DNA of 61,295 nucleotides, counting the filler. It is 8 parts of 8 records of this genome, joined end to end, with 100 filler letters (N's around TTAATTAATTAA, not from the genome) between each part and the next. Parts side by side here need not be neighbours in the genome. Positions count along the whole stretch, not along the records: positions 49,174 to 54,348 come from SRR31156797_60104; positions 54,449 to 61,295 come from SRR31156797_60121; 6 more parts are not named here. One strand, 5' to 3'. This document shows, piece after piece, positions 49,176 through 58,064 of this stretch. Each line of letters begins with the position of its first letter. Positions within the stretch are counted from its first letter, which is position 1. The position numbers and the translations under genes were made by a program. The notes under the pieces are model-generated. The model had not been told where the DNA came from. It did not search any database and was given only the letters and a program-made list of their open reading frames with translations.

Positions 49176-50276
49176 GATGTTCTGACCGGGAGAAAGATCA
49201 GAAATCATTTCAACATCTGGCAGATTCATGTCTCTCCCGACATTGCCTACACAATCTGGCGGTACTACGAAGTTACCGGGGATAAAGACTTCCTCTTTGA
49301 TTACGGTGCGGAGATGATGTTCGATATTTCACTCTTCCTGATGTCCCGTTCCTTCTACAATGTGGACAAGGACCGGTATGAATATATCAGGCTTCTGGGT
49401 CCGGACGAGTATCATGAAAACGTGGACAATAATGTTTTTACAAATTATCAGGCCCGATACACGCTGAAAAAAACGATGAAAGTTTATGCTCTTCTGGAAA
49501 AGGAGAGACCGGACTTCCTGAAAGAGCTTCTTGAGAAACTGGAAATTACAGAAGGCAATATCGCAACCTTCGAAGAGATGATCGGCAAGATCTACATCAA
49601 GGAAGCCAACTCAGAAAAGGTGATTGAACAGTTTGACAACTACTTTGAGCTGGAAGACACGACTCCGGCGGTTCTGAAAACCAGACTTCAGGATAAGGCT
49701 GAATACTGGGGCTGGCCAAACGGCGTCGCGGTTCACACACAAATTCTGAAGCAGGCCGATCTGATCCAGCTGATGGTCATGCACGATGATTTTGATCTGG
49801 AAACCCTGAAGGCCAACTTCGATTACTATGAACCGCGGACAGAGCATGGCTCCTCCTTAAGTCCCGCGATGTACTCCATTATCGCCAGCAAAGTCGGATA
49901 TGCCGAGCAGTCCTATGAATACTTCATCAAGTCCTGTACGGTCGACCTGTATAATGCCAATAAAGCCATCAGCGGCGGAACCTTCATCGGAGGGATCCAC
50001 ACAGCCTCCTGCGGGGCCGTCTGGCAGATGATTATTTTCGGTTTTGCCGGTTTCAGTGAGTATGACAATGTCCTTCACTTCAAACCCAAACGACCCGCCG
50101 ACTGGAACAGTTTCGAGTTCAACGTCCATCATAAACATAACGTGATTGATGCGGTGGTTTCAAAGGGCGGAATTAAACTGACAAGCAGGGCAGATAACAG
50201 GGAAACACTGTCGATCGATGTCTATGGAAAGACCTTCTCCCTCAAACCGGGCGAAACCGTCAAGACAGAGTATTAA
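49176..50276 (+). CDS. GH65 disaccharide phosphorylase, C-terminal part (5' truncated)
   Basis: Frame open from the contig start; 'QIHVSPDIAY', catalytic 'GPDEYHENVDNN.FTN', 'KQADL', 'YYEPRT.H.SSLS', 'GIH.A..G..W'. Confidence 0.9.
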   Translation, partial: DVLTGRKIRNHFNIWQIHVSPDIAYTIWRYYEVTGDKDFLFDYGAEMMFDISLFLMSRSFYNVDKDRYEYIRLLGPDEYHENVDNNVFTNYQARYTLKKTMKVYALLEKERPDFLKELLEKLEITEGNIATFEEMIGKIYIKEANSEKVIEQFDNYFELEDTTPAVLKTRLQDKAEYWGWPNGVAVHTQILKQADLIQLMVMHDDFDLETLKANFDYYEPRTEHGSSLSPAMYSIIASKVGYAEQSYEYFIKSCTVDLYNANKAISGGTFIGGIHTASCGAVWQMIIFGFAGFSEYDNVLHFKPKRPADWNSFEFNVHHKHNVIDAVVSKGGIKLTSRADNRETLSIDVYGKTFSLKPGETVKTEY

Positions 50277-50363
50277 AGAGAATTATAAGAAACAGATATG
50301 TAAAAAACTTCAACCATGCTATACTCCCTGCAAATAAATCTACTTAAAATCAGGAAGTGAATC

Positions 50364-50930
50364 ATGAAAAGATCCGCCATGCTCTTATTGTTAATTCTGA
50401 CAATTGTTTCATGTACTGAAAAGAACACAGGGACTCCTTCAGCCGACACCACACCTGCGGTTATGGCAGAATCCCCGGCACTCCCTGATTTCATGCAATA
50501 TCCAAAGAAAAGCCGTGAAGGTCTTGAGTCTCTCTTTGAGAGTTATTCCTGTGAGGCGGAGTATAGCAGCCTGACAACCGACCTTCAGAAGGACTCCATC
50601 GAAGGCTGGGAGTATATTGAGCCCTTAGTCACCGAAGTTGGGGATAAGGCCGTGAATTTCGGAGGCCGGTACATCCTGATGGAATGGGGATGCGGATCAG
50701 ATTGTCAAACCGGAGTCCTGATCGATGCCTCAACCGGGAATCTTTACCGACTGCCGACTTCAGAGCGCGGGAGGGAATACAGGAAGGACAGCCTGCTGCT
50801 GATCACCAATCCGCCCTCAGAAGATGAAGCCGGAAATGTCCGACCCGAATACGCCTACCCCGCCTACTATCAGGTGACGGAGAACGGAGAGTTTGTCTTA
50901 CTGCACGACACGCGTGAAGAGTCCGAATGA
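50364..50930 (+). CDS. Hypothetical lipoprotein
   Basis: Lipobox 'IVS-C'; conserved-looking 'NFGGRY....WGCGSDCQ...ID..TG'. Confidence 0.7.
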   Translation: MKRSAMLLLLILTIVSCTEKNTGTPSADTTPAVMAESPALPDFMQYPKKSREGLESLFESYSCEAEYSSLTTDLQKDSIEGWEYIEPLVTEVGDKAVNFGGRYILMEWGCGSDCQTGVLIDASTGNLYRLPTSERGREYRKDSLLLITNPPSEDEAGNVRPEYAYPAYYQVTENGEFVLLHDTREESE

Positions 50931-51379
50931 AAATAATCAGCCCCCTTCTGCCTCTCCTTCTCATTCTGACCCTGACGGCCTGTGGTTCAAAGGGTCCATC
51001 GAATCAGATGCCGGAAGATTTCAAGGGGAACAGGCGGTTCGTGGAATGCTTCGGCAACTCAGCTGGAGACAGCGGCCTCTGCTTTGAATTCACTCTTGAT
51101 ATAATGAATACTGATGATAATCAGCAGATACTGTACAGCATCGATGGACAACAGACCCTCCGCAGATTGGTTTGTGATATTGAAAAAAGGGATGGGGAAT
51201 ACAAAGGCCACTTCAACTCCTATCATGAAGATGATATTCACTATAGTGTTGATTATGAAAAAGGCAATGAGGTTTTTACAATCATCAAAAAGAACAACGA
51301 CTATTACATAAAAAACTTCCAATCACCCTATGATGAGACTCTGATTAAACAGGAATATTTATTAACCCCATCTGAATGA
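50927..51379 (+). CDS. Hypothetical lipoprotein
   Basis: Lipobox 'LTA-C'; ATGA overlap with the upstream gene. Confidence 0.65.
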   Translation: MKIISPLLPLLLILTLTACGSKGPSNQMPEDFKGNRRFVECFGNSAGDSGLCFEFTLDIMNTDDNQQILYSIDGQQTLRRLVCDIEKRDGEYKGHFNSYHEDDIHYSVDYEKGNEVFTIIKKNNDYYIKNFQSPYDETLIKQEYLLTPSE

Positions 51380-51402
51380 TTTTTGATTGAATCAATGGGC
51401 CT

Positions 51403-51954
51403 TCAATAACGCCCCATTTCGATCACACCCTCACCCAGCATCAGGGATTCTTCGTCGCTTGATTCCCCAATATACACAGCCGTTACGGTGGCATAATACT
51501 CGTTACCACGGCCTCCGGAGCAGGGCGGAAGATAGGCCCCGGCACTCCCTCTGTTGCTCCTGAATTGACTTTCGATAAACATACCCTCAGGCATCTCGAT
51601 GGTTTCCCCGGGGACAGAAGGAATGGCAGCAGAAGATTGATTTTCGGAAATCCAGAGTCCAACAATACCATGACCGCCATTGTCATTCGGTTTGAAGGTT
51701 CTGTCACTGAACGAGACAATCAATGCATTTGCACCGGCAGGGATGTTTTCAACAGACAGCGCCGGGGAAGAACCATTCCCTCCGAACCTTTGACACTGTT
51801 GTCCTTCCGGAACTGTGACTCCATCCCATGCCGGATCTGAAAAAGAGACCTCCAGGGCAGCAGGATTTTCTACCGGGGTATACTCCTCAGAGTAAATAAA
51901 AGCTGAGAAAACCAGGAAAATTGTCACCGCCACCAGAATCATGTGTTTCTTCAT
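51403..51954 (-). CDS. Exported PEBP/YbhB-like protein
   Basis: GGAGGT RBS, signal peptide, 'SPAL.V..IPAG...L', 'D......GGHG', 'YLPPCSGG.G..Y...V.A'. Confidence 0.6.
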   Translation of the reverse strand: MKKHMILVAVTIFLVFSAFIYSEEYTPVENPAALEVSFSDPAWDGVTVPEGQQCQRFGGNGSSPALSVENIPAGANALIVSFSDRTFKPNDNGGHGIVGLWISENQSSAAIPSVPGETIEMPEGMFIESQFRSNRGSAGAYLPPCSGGRGNEYYATVTAVYIGESSDEESLMLGEGVIEMGRY

Positions 51955-52207
51955 TTCAATACCTCCCTATCAGGTCTAAAGTGTAAATATAATCACAAAA
52001 GAGCAATTTTCAAAATTGAGCTCTTCAATACTTTGATCACCACGGGCCGGGATTCCCGGGATCGGTTGAGCAACAGACCGGTTTTCTTGAATAGAAATTG
52101 ATATTACCCACAGCATAACCTATAATTTCAGAGTAAGATTCAAATTATCAGCGCTCCTGATCCTCTCTCGGAGTCATGAATTGAATACAACCCGAAAGGA
52201 GAAGCAT

Positions 52208-53593
52208 ATGAAAGTGACAAGCTATGGGGCCGCCCAGACCGTGACGGGCTCCTGTCATCTTGTGGAAACCGACGGACTGAAGTTCCTGATCGACTGCGGG
52301 ATGTTTCAGGGAAGCAAGGAGCTGAACAGGAGAAACTATGCTCCCTTCGACTTCGATCCCGGGACATTGGATTTTCTGGTCCTCACCCACGGCCATATCG
52401 ATCACTGCGGCCTGCTGCCTAAACTGACCAGAAACGGTTTTTCCGGGTCCATATACACAACTCCCGCCACAGCCGATCTGCTTCCCGCCATGCTGATGGA
52501 TTCGGCCTTTATTCAGGAGAAGGATACGGAACATGAAAACCGGCGCCGGGAGCGAAAGGGGCAGGAGCCACGGGAGCCCCTCTATACCCAGGAGGACGTC
52601 CCTGACGTTCTTGATGCTGTACAGCCGGTGGAGTACGACACCCGCATCACCCTCTCCCCCGACATCAGCTTTCTTCTGCGGGATGCGGGGCACATTATAG
52701 GCTCCGCCATCGTACAGCTTTTTCTAACCGAAGGAGAGGATTCGCGAACTGTTATTTTTTCCGGGGACCTGGGCCAATGGGATGTACCCATCATTGAGGA
52801 CCCGACCTTTCTGGCCAGGGCAGATTATGTCTTCATAGAGACAACCTACGGCGACAGACTGCATCAGAAGCCGGAACCGCGGAAGGAGAGTCTCTTCCGC
52901 CATATAAAGGAGACTTATGACCGCGGGGGGAAACTGTTTATTCCCAGCTTCGCCCTGGAGAGAACCCAGGAGCTGCTCTACACTTTAAGTGAATTGATCC
53001 AGGAGAGAAAGGATTTTCCCAGAATCAGGGTATACCTGGACAGCCCCCTGGCCATCAAGGTCACTGAAGTTTTCCATGACCATCCCGAGATTTACGATGA
53101 AGAGGCAAGGGCCCGGAAGGACACCCCCTTCCAATTCCCGGAACTGATCTGCACGCCGAAAACAGAAGACTCCATCGCCCTGAATAAACTGAAAGAGCCG
53201 GCCATTATCATTGCCGGCAGCGGCATGTGTACAGCGGGACGGATCCGCCACCATCTGAAGCACGGCATCTGGGATCCGAAAAACACCGTTCTCTTCGTAG
53301 GCTACCAGGCCGACGGAACCCTGGGACGTCATCTGCTCAACGGCGCCAAAGAGGTGAAAATGATGGGAGAGACCTTCAGTGTGAAGGCGAAGATTGATCG
53401 GATTCATGCCTTCTCTGCCCATGCCGATCGGGATGATCTCATCCAATGGCTCGACGCCTTCCTGGAGAAGCCGAAACGAATTCACCTGATCCACGGAGAG
53501 GAGAAAGTGATGGAAAGGTTTGCCGAAAACCTGCAGCAGAAGGGCTACAAGACCCACATCCAGGTTCCCGGAGAGGCCATCGAGCTGGAATGA
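52208..53593 (+). CDS. MBL-fold beta-CASP ribonuclease
   Basis: 'GAA..VTGS.HL', 'DCGMFQG', 'THGHIDHCG', 'AGHIIGS', 'FSGDLG', 'ETTYGDR.H', 'AGSGMC..GRI.HH', 'FSAHAD', 'HGE'. Confidence 0.95.
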   Translation: MKVTSYGAAQTVTGSCHLVETDGLKFLIDCGMFQGSKELNRRNYAPFDFDPGTLDFLVLTHGHIDHCGLLPKLTRNGFSGSIYTTPATADLLPAMLMDSAFIQEKDTEHENRRRERKGQEPREPLYTQEDVPDVLDAVQPVEYDTRITLSPDISFLLRDAGHIIGSAIVQLFLTEGEDSRTVIFSGDLGQWDVPIIEDPTFLARADYVFIETTYGDRLHQKPEPRKESLFRHIKETYDRGGKLFIPSFALERTQELLYTLSELIQERKDFPRIRVYLDSPLAIKVTEVFHDHPEIYDEEARARKDTPFQFPELICTPKTEDSIALNKLKEPAIIIAGSGMCTAGRIRHHLKHGIWDPKNTVLFVGYQADGTLGRHLLNGAKEVKMMGETFSVKAKIDRIHAFSAHADRDDLIQWLDAFLEKPKRIHLIHGEEKVMERFAENLQQKGYKTHIQVPGEAIELE

Positions 53594-54027
53594 AGCCCTC
53601 AGTAAAACTTAAGCTCCTGCTCCTGCTGGTCCTTGTACCGGGGCCGATGATGCAGGCCCAGGACTCAGAAAGCATAAATACATTTCCCTCTACCGGGATC
53701 TACCCCGGACCGGAACCATTCTCCCTTGATGCCCGAAGCGCGGTTTACTGTATCGATCTGCTGAGGAACAATCCACTCCTGAAAATAAAAAACGAAGAAG
53801 GAAAATCGGGAATTCTAAAGGTTGAAACCGTGTGGTCCTGGTTTCTTGAGTTTGATGAGGATTATCCCAAAGGCCACCGCAGGCGTTACGACATCATTGT
53901 AAACGGCACTCCCCTGGACTGGGATAACATCTCTATTGAATACGGCGGTGAAATGATCAATCTCCGCCTGCTTTTTCTGTACCGAAACCAGTATCCACCG
54001 GAGGATCTTCAATACCGCGGGGATTAG
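53590..54027 (+). CDS. Hypothetical exported protein
   Basis: ATG 53590 overlaps the beta-CASP stop (ATGA); signal peptide 'MKPSVKLKLLLLLVLV'. Confidence 0.6.
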   Translation: MKPSVKLKLLLLLVLVPGPMMQAQDSESINTFPSTGIYPGPEPFSLDARSAVYCIDLLRNNPLLKIKNEEGKSGILKVETVWSWFLEFDEDYPKGHRRRYDIIVNGTPLDWDNISIEYGGEMINLRLLFLYRNQYPPEDLQYRGD

Positions 54028-54039
54028 GGAATTGTTATA

Positions 54040-54348
54040 TTAAGGCAGCGGCAGCCGGAACCAGGCCCGGACCCCTTGAAAGTTTTCGGTCCGGATATTC
54101 TCGATCCCGCACTCCCCCTCATGTTTCTCCACCAGATTCTTAACAATCGACAGACCCAGTCCCGTACCGGAGCTGGATTTGTCCCGGGCTTCATGAGCAC
54201 TGTAGAGAGGTTCGAACAAATGAGGAATGTGCTCCTCCGGTATGTTTCCACCCTCATTCTCCACACTGACCGTAATACACTTCTTTCCCGAAGCGGCTTT
54301 GATCAGAACCGACCGCCCCGGCTCGGTGTGTCTGAGAGCGTTTCCCAG
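54040..54348 (-). CDS. Sensor histidine kinase HATPase_c domain (5' truncated)
   Basis: Reads 'LGNALRHT...VSVENEGGNIPEEHIPHLFEPLY...GTGLGLSIVK'. Confidence 0.85.
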   Translation of the reverse strand: MGNALRHTEPGRSVLIKAASGKKCITVSVENEGGNIPEEHIPHLFEPLYSAHEARDKSSSGTGLGLSIVKNLVEKHEGECGIENIRTENFQGVRAWFRLPLP

Positions 54349-54448
54349 NNNNNNNNNNNNNNNNNNNNNNNNNNNNNNNNNNNNNNNNNNNNTTAATTAA
54401 TTAANNNNNNNNNNNNNNNNNNNNNNNNNNNNNNNNNNNNNNNNNNNN
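54349..54448. other. Artificial contig spacer
   Basis: 44 N + TTAATTAATTAA + 44 N. Confidence 0.99.
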
Positions 54449-54479
54449 ATTGCTTCGTCGTTCCTCCTCGCAATGACGG
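54449..54479. repeat. REP-like dispersed repeat arm (ATTGCTTCGTCGTTCCTCCTCGCAATGAC)
   Basis: At the contig edge; a related degenerate copy lies at 59215-59290. Confidence 0.55.
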
Positions 54480-54489
54480 TGAAACTAGC

Positions 54490-55737
54490 TTACTTCGCCT
54501 TTATATCATATGCCATCAAAGCATTGGTATGTCTAAGGTAAAGCACTCCGTTGTGAATTACGGGGTGCGCCCAGTAAGGTCCCATTTTCCCTTGCGTAAC
54601 TTCAAAGCTACTAATTAACTCAAACTTCTCAGGGCTGGGTTTTACCAAACCACAATTACCATCTTTTTCATCATAAATATAAAGTAAGCCTTCTGCGGCA
54701 ATGATAGAACCTTTGTTGTGCCATGTTTCTTCCCATTTTGTTTCACCTGTATTCCAGTCTATACAGCACCAATTACCGTCTTTATTGCTCTTCCAGTTAG
54801 CTCCGTAGATATAGCCATCAAGCGTAACAGCGCCACCGTGATGGATATCGAGTACTTTGTCTGTCCACACTATATCAGCACTTTTTCCATCGTCAGCGAT
54901 TTTAACCATCATCCCACCAGCGTTGTAGCCAATGGTTGCGTATACCATTCCGTTTTTATATAATGGCGTAACACATACAATATGGTCACCCCATACAGCA
55001 TCCGCCTGATATTCAGCCTTCCACAATATGTCGCCATTAGAAACATCCAGTCCGAAAAGATATTTCGTGGCTGCATTAATCATCATTTTAATGCCTCCAT
55101 GCTCAACCAGAATTGGTGAAGAGTATCCTGGTTTGTCATTTAGACTTTTTGATCTCCAAATTACTTTACCGTCTTTTTTGTTGATAGCAATGGTCATAGT
55201 TTCAGGTCCACCTGAAGTGAAATAAATTTTATCCCCATCAATTAATAGTGATTCTGCAATTCCCCATTTAGCATATCTGCCTTTATTTTCTTCACTGGCT
55301 TTGTATTGCCAAATAATATCACCGTTTATTCCATCAAAGCACGCTAAATCTCCTAATCCACTGCAAGTGTAAACATACTTACCTTCAACAGTGGGTGTTG
55401 CTCTGCTATCAGGGTATCCCTGATTCCAGGCTCGTCCCATAACTTTTTTCCATTTTACTTTACCGTCCATGGTTAGTGCAAATAAAACATCATCTGCGCC
55501 ATCAATTCCGGTAATGTAAATACTATTATTACCAAACGAAGGTGAAGAATGACCACTTTTAAGTTCCTCTGTTGACCAAAGAAGTGCAGGTCCATTTTCG
55601 GGCCATGATTTGAGAAGACCGGTTTCAGCAGAAATCCCGGTTCTGTTTTCCTCGCGCCATTCGCTGATATCGTCCTGAGCAAACGATATGCAACTGAATA
55701 ACAGCGCTAAAACCAGAAGTGATAATTTAGATTTCAT
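54490..55737 (-). CDS. PQQ-binding-like beta-propeller exported protein (BamB-like repeats)
   Basis: Signal peptide, 'WR...R.G.S.ETGLLK.WP..GP.LLW', repeated 'G...W' propeller blades, 'WAHPVI.NG.LYLR'. Confidence 0.85.
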   Translation of the reverse strand: MKSKLSLLVLALLFSCISFAQDDISEWREENRTGISAETGLLKSWPENGPALLWSTEELKSGHSSPSFGNNSIYITGIDGADDVLFALTMDGKVKWKKVMGRAWNQGYPDSRATPTVEGKYVYTCSGLGDLACFDGINGDIIWQYKASEENKGRYAKWGIAESLLIDGDKIYFTSGGPETMTIAINKKDGKVIWRSKSLNDKPGYSSPILVEHGGIKMMINAATKYLFGLDVSNGDILWKAEYQADAVWGDHIVCVTPLYKNGMVYATIGYNAGGMMVKIADDGKSADIVWTDKVLDIHHGGAVTLDGYIYGANWKSNKDGNWCCIDWNTGETKWEETWHNKGSIIAAEGLLYIYDEKDGNCGLVKPSPEKFELISSFEVTQGKMGPYWAHPVIHNGVLYLRHTNALMAYDIKAK

Positions 55738-55833
55738 ATATTTTGATTTTGATTATTTTACATGATTTGCTTTAAAAATATTAAGTACTTCCGTAAATCG
55801 ACTTTGACTTCGTCGAGCTTCGGTTCTTCATTA

Positions 55834-55887
55834 CCCCAATCCCTAAAGGGTGTGAAATAAATCGATTTACTCCCTTTAGGGTTGGGG
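55834..55887. repeat. REP-like inverted repeat CCCCAATCCCTAAAGGG...CCCTTTAGGGTTGGGG
   Basis: 16-17-bp arms (one bulge), each with an internal CCCT-AGGG palindrome; intergenic. Confidence 0.6.
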
Positions 55888-56051
55888 AGAAGAAATTAAT
55901 TTTCAAACACCAACTTCTAATTGGGTAAATAGTCTTTAATTCGTTTAAAAATATCAATTATCTTTTTGAAAATCTAATAATCAGATCAAATTATCTTTTA
56001 CTGTCCGTTTTTAAAACAGCATAAAATCCTACCTACTTATAAAAGTGATAA

Positions 56052-58064
56052 TTAAAACTTTAATCCACTTAAAATATAATCGTAAATCCCACTATTGTTT
56101 TCAATTTTAGGTACAAGCAAACTTTTAGTAAGATATTTAGGTTTGGCAATCATTTCCCGACCAATCATTTCTTCTATAGTATTCAAATAAGGTAAAGAAG
56201 TTTTTCCAACAAGTAATGTGGTCAAATCCTGATGCTCTAACCACAATTTATAGATTTTCACAAACCCATTTAGATACAAATAATCTTTTGTAAAACCACC
56301 TCCACGAAATACTCTTGTAACCAAATTAAAAGCTTCATCCTCATCTACTTTATAATCTTTTACCAGTATCTGAAAACATTCAATAAAATCTGCTCCTGAC
56401 GCCATCATATCTACAATTATTACCCGCAATGCTAGCTTTCGTAATCGGCGCAGCGTAATATTTCCACTTAAATATTCAGATAAAACAGCTAATCCTTCCT
56501 GCGTCATTGTATTTACAGGAAGTCCAATATGGAATAGTTTAAGTTTTTGTAAATGAGAATTCATCGTGGTAACCAGATGGACTCCAATCTCATGTTCAAT
56601 AAGTGCATCAAGCTCTCTTCTTTTAAATTTAGCATCAGGTTGAATAAGTACACTCTTTTTTGAGTTAAGTATCATCACATGAGAAATAACTTTATTGCTA
56701 AACTCAATTTTTGCATCAATTTGATAATCATTCAATGCTTTTTCAAATACTTCGAATGCCTCTTTTGCACCAAGCGTAGGTACTCTTTTAGGTTCATTTG
56801 GAATATCCGGTAATAAAAGAATATAATTTGCATTGGAGATATCTGTTTTAGATGGACGTCCAAAATATCGTAGTGAGTTATATAAAAACTTTTTCGTTCC
56901 CAGGGAGGCAATTAAATCTATTTTGTCTGTATATGAGCTGATTACAGATTCGTATAAATTACGAATTGAAATATCGTGAATATCTTGAACGGGAATACTT
57001 AAAAGTGTTTGCTTTAGTGTATATGGGTTAATTTTTACCGGTTGATATCTGAATTCCGGAATTTTAGAATACTTATTCTTAAAGAACTTTCGTTTCTCTG
57101 CTTTTGTATTCGTAGGGTTTACAGCCGCTAATAATTCGAAGTTTTTCAACAACCGATAAAGCGTATTATCTATCTTCAATAATTCAGTACTTATTGCTTT
57201 ATCCAACAATTTTGGAGTCGATTTATAATGCCATTCTTTTAGTTTTCCACTGAAAAAATTAGCGTTATTGAGTATAGCAACTTTTAACTTTTGCTGTAAT
57301 AATTTAATGATTTTAGGATAAATATCGCCGCTTAACTCATCACAGTATACTTTCTTTACCTCAGTTGGCAGCACCAATGTTTTTTCAAAATGCTGGTTTA
57401 TATACTCCAGATTATAACCACGTCCGAAAAATACATCATTTTCATTGGCTTTCGACTTTATTTCAGGTAATTTAATTGTATTAAGTTCTTCTAGCCAATG
57501 CTTTATGTATTCGCCAAATTTTGATTGATTGATTTTTTCGGTTCCAATATTAAATAGTGGCACTTCTCTATCCCAACGCTGATAATTATAACTATGAAAA
57601 TCATAAACGATGCAACCGCCATAAAGAGACTCTATTTTTTCCACCAGAGCATGAAGCACTTTGTAGTAATTACCGTGCTTCTTTTTAGATAATTTTAAAT
57701 CCCCTGCCGATAGTTTCTTTTTCCAAACCTTTTTGCCCCAAGCCTCTGTATAAATACAATTTTCGTTATCACGATTCAAATCATACTCAAATCGTGAATC
57801 TAAACCAATAATGGTAATTGGCATTGAAACAATAAAGTCTGCGGTATTGGGATCCTCCTCATACCAGCGATCATAATCGTTGAGGGCAATTTTCTTTTTT
57901 AATTCCGGCCTGAGTTGCCCACCATTATGAATTGCCGTGCAGCAAAATGGAACGTATTTGCTGATTTTTATAATAAATCCGCCATCATTGGGGATAGCTT
58001 CGAATTGCTCTCCCCGTTGAATTTTGCGAATAATTTCTGTAATTGAAAACCTATTTATTTTCAT
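56052..58064 (-). CDS. Fusion of N-formylglutamate amidohydrolase-like domain and DUF1704/QEGLA-motif (MATCAP-like) metallopeptidase
   Basis: N-terminal part: 'TAIHNG', 'EEDP.T', 'SRFEYDLNR', 'DFHSYN', 'FNIGT', 'EVKK.YCDE'; C-terminal part: HExxxH 'HEIGVH' (56577-56594), 'QEGLA' (56487-56501), 'RVFRGGGFTKD..YL'. Confidence 0.85.
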   Translation of the reverse strand: MKINRFSITEIIRKIQRGEQFEAIPNDGGFIIKISKYVPFCCTAIHNGGQLRPELKKKIALNDYDRWYEEDPNTADFIVSMPITIIGLDSRFEYDLNRDNENCIYTEAWGKKVWKKKLSAGDLKLSKKKHGNYYKVLHALVEKIESLYGGCIVYDFHSYNYQRWDREVPLFNIGTEKINQSKFGEYIKHWLEELNTIKLPEIKSKANENDVFFGRGYNLEYINQHFEKTLVLPTEVKKVYCDELSGDIYPKIIKLLQQKLKVAILNNANFFSGKLKEWHYKSTPKLLDKAISTELLKIDNTLYRLLKNFELLAAVNPTNTKAEKRKFFKNKYSKIPEFRYQPVKINPYTLKQTLLSIPVQDIHDISIRNLYESVISSYTDKIDLIASLGTKKFLYNSLRYFGRPSKTDISNANYILLLPDIPNEPKRVPTLGAKEAFEVFEKALNDYQIDAKIEFSNKVISHVMILNSKKSVLIQPDAKFKRRELDALIEHEIGVHLVTTMNSHLQKLKLFHIGLPVNTMTQEGLAVLSEYLSGNITLRRLRKLALRVIIVDMMASGADFIECFQILVKDYKVDEDEAFNLVTRVFRGGGFTKDYLYLNGFVKIYKLWLEHQDLTTLLVGKTSLPYLNTIEEMIGREMIAKPKYLTKSLLVPKIENNSGIYDYILSGLKF

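Noticed and set aside
52208-53593. beta-CASP nuclease as a possible defence gene
   Set aside because: Typical housekeeping-type MBL RNase with no defence partners nearby
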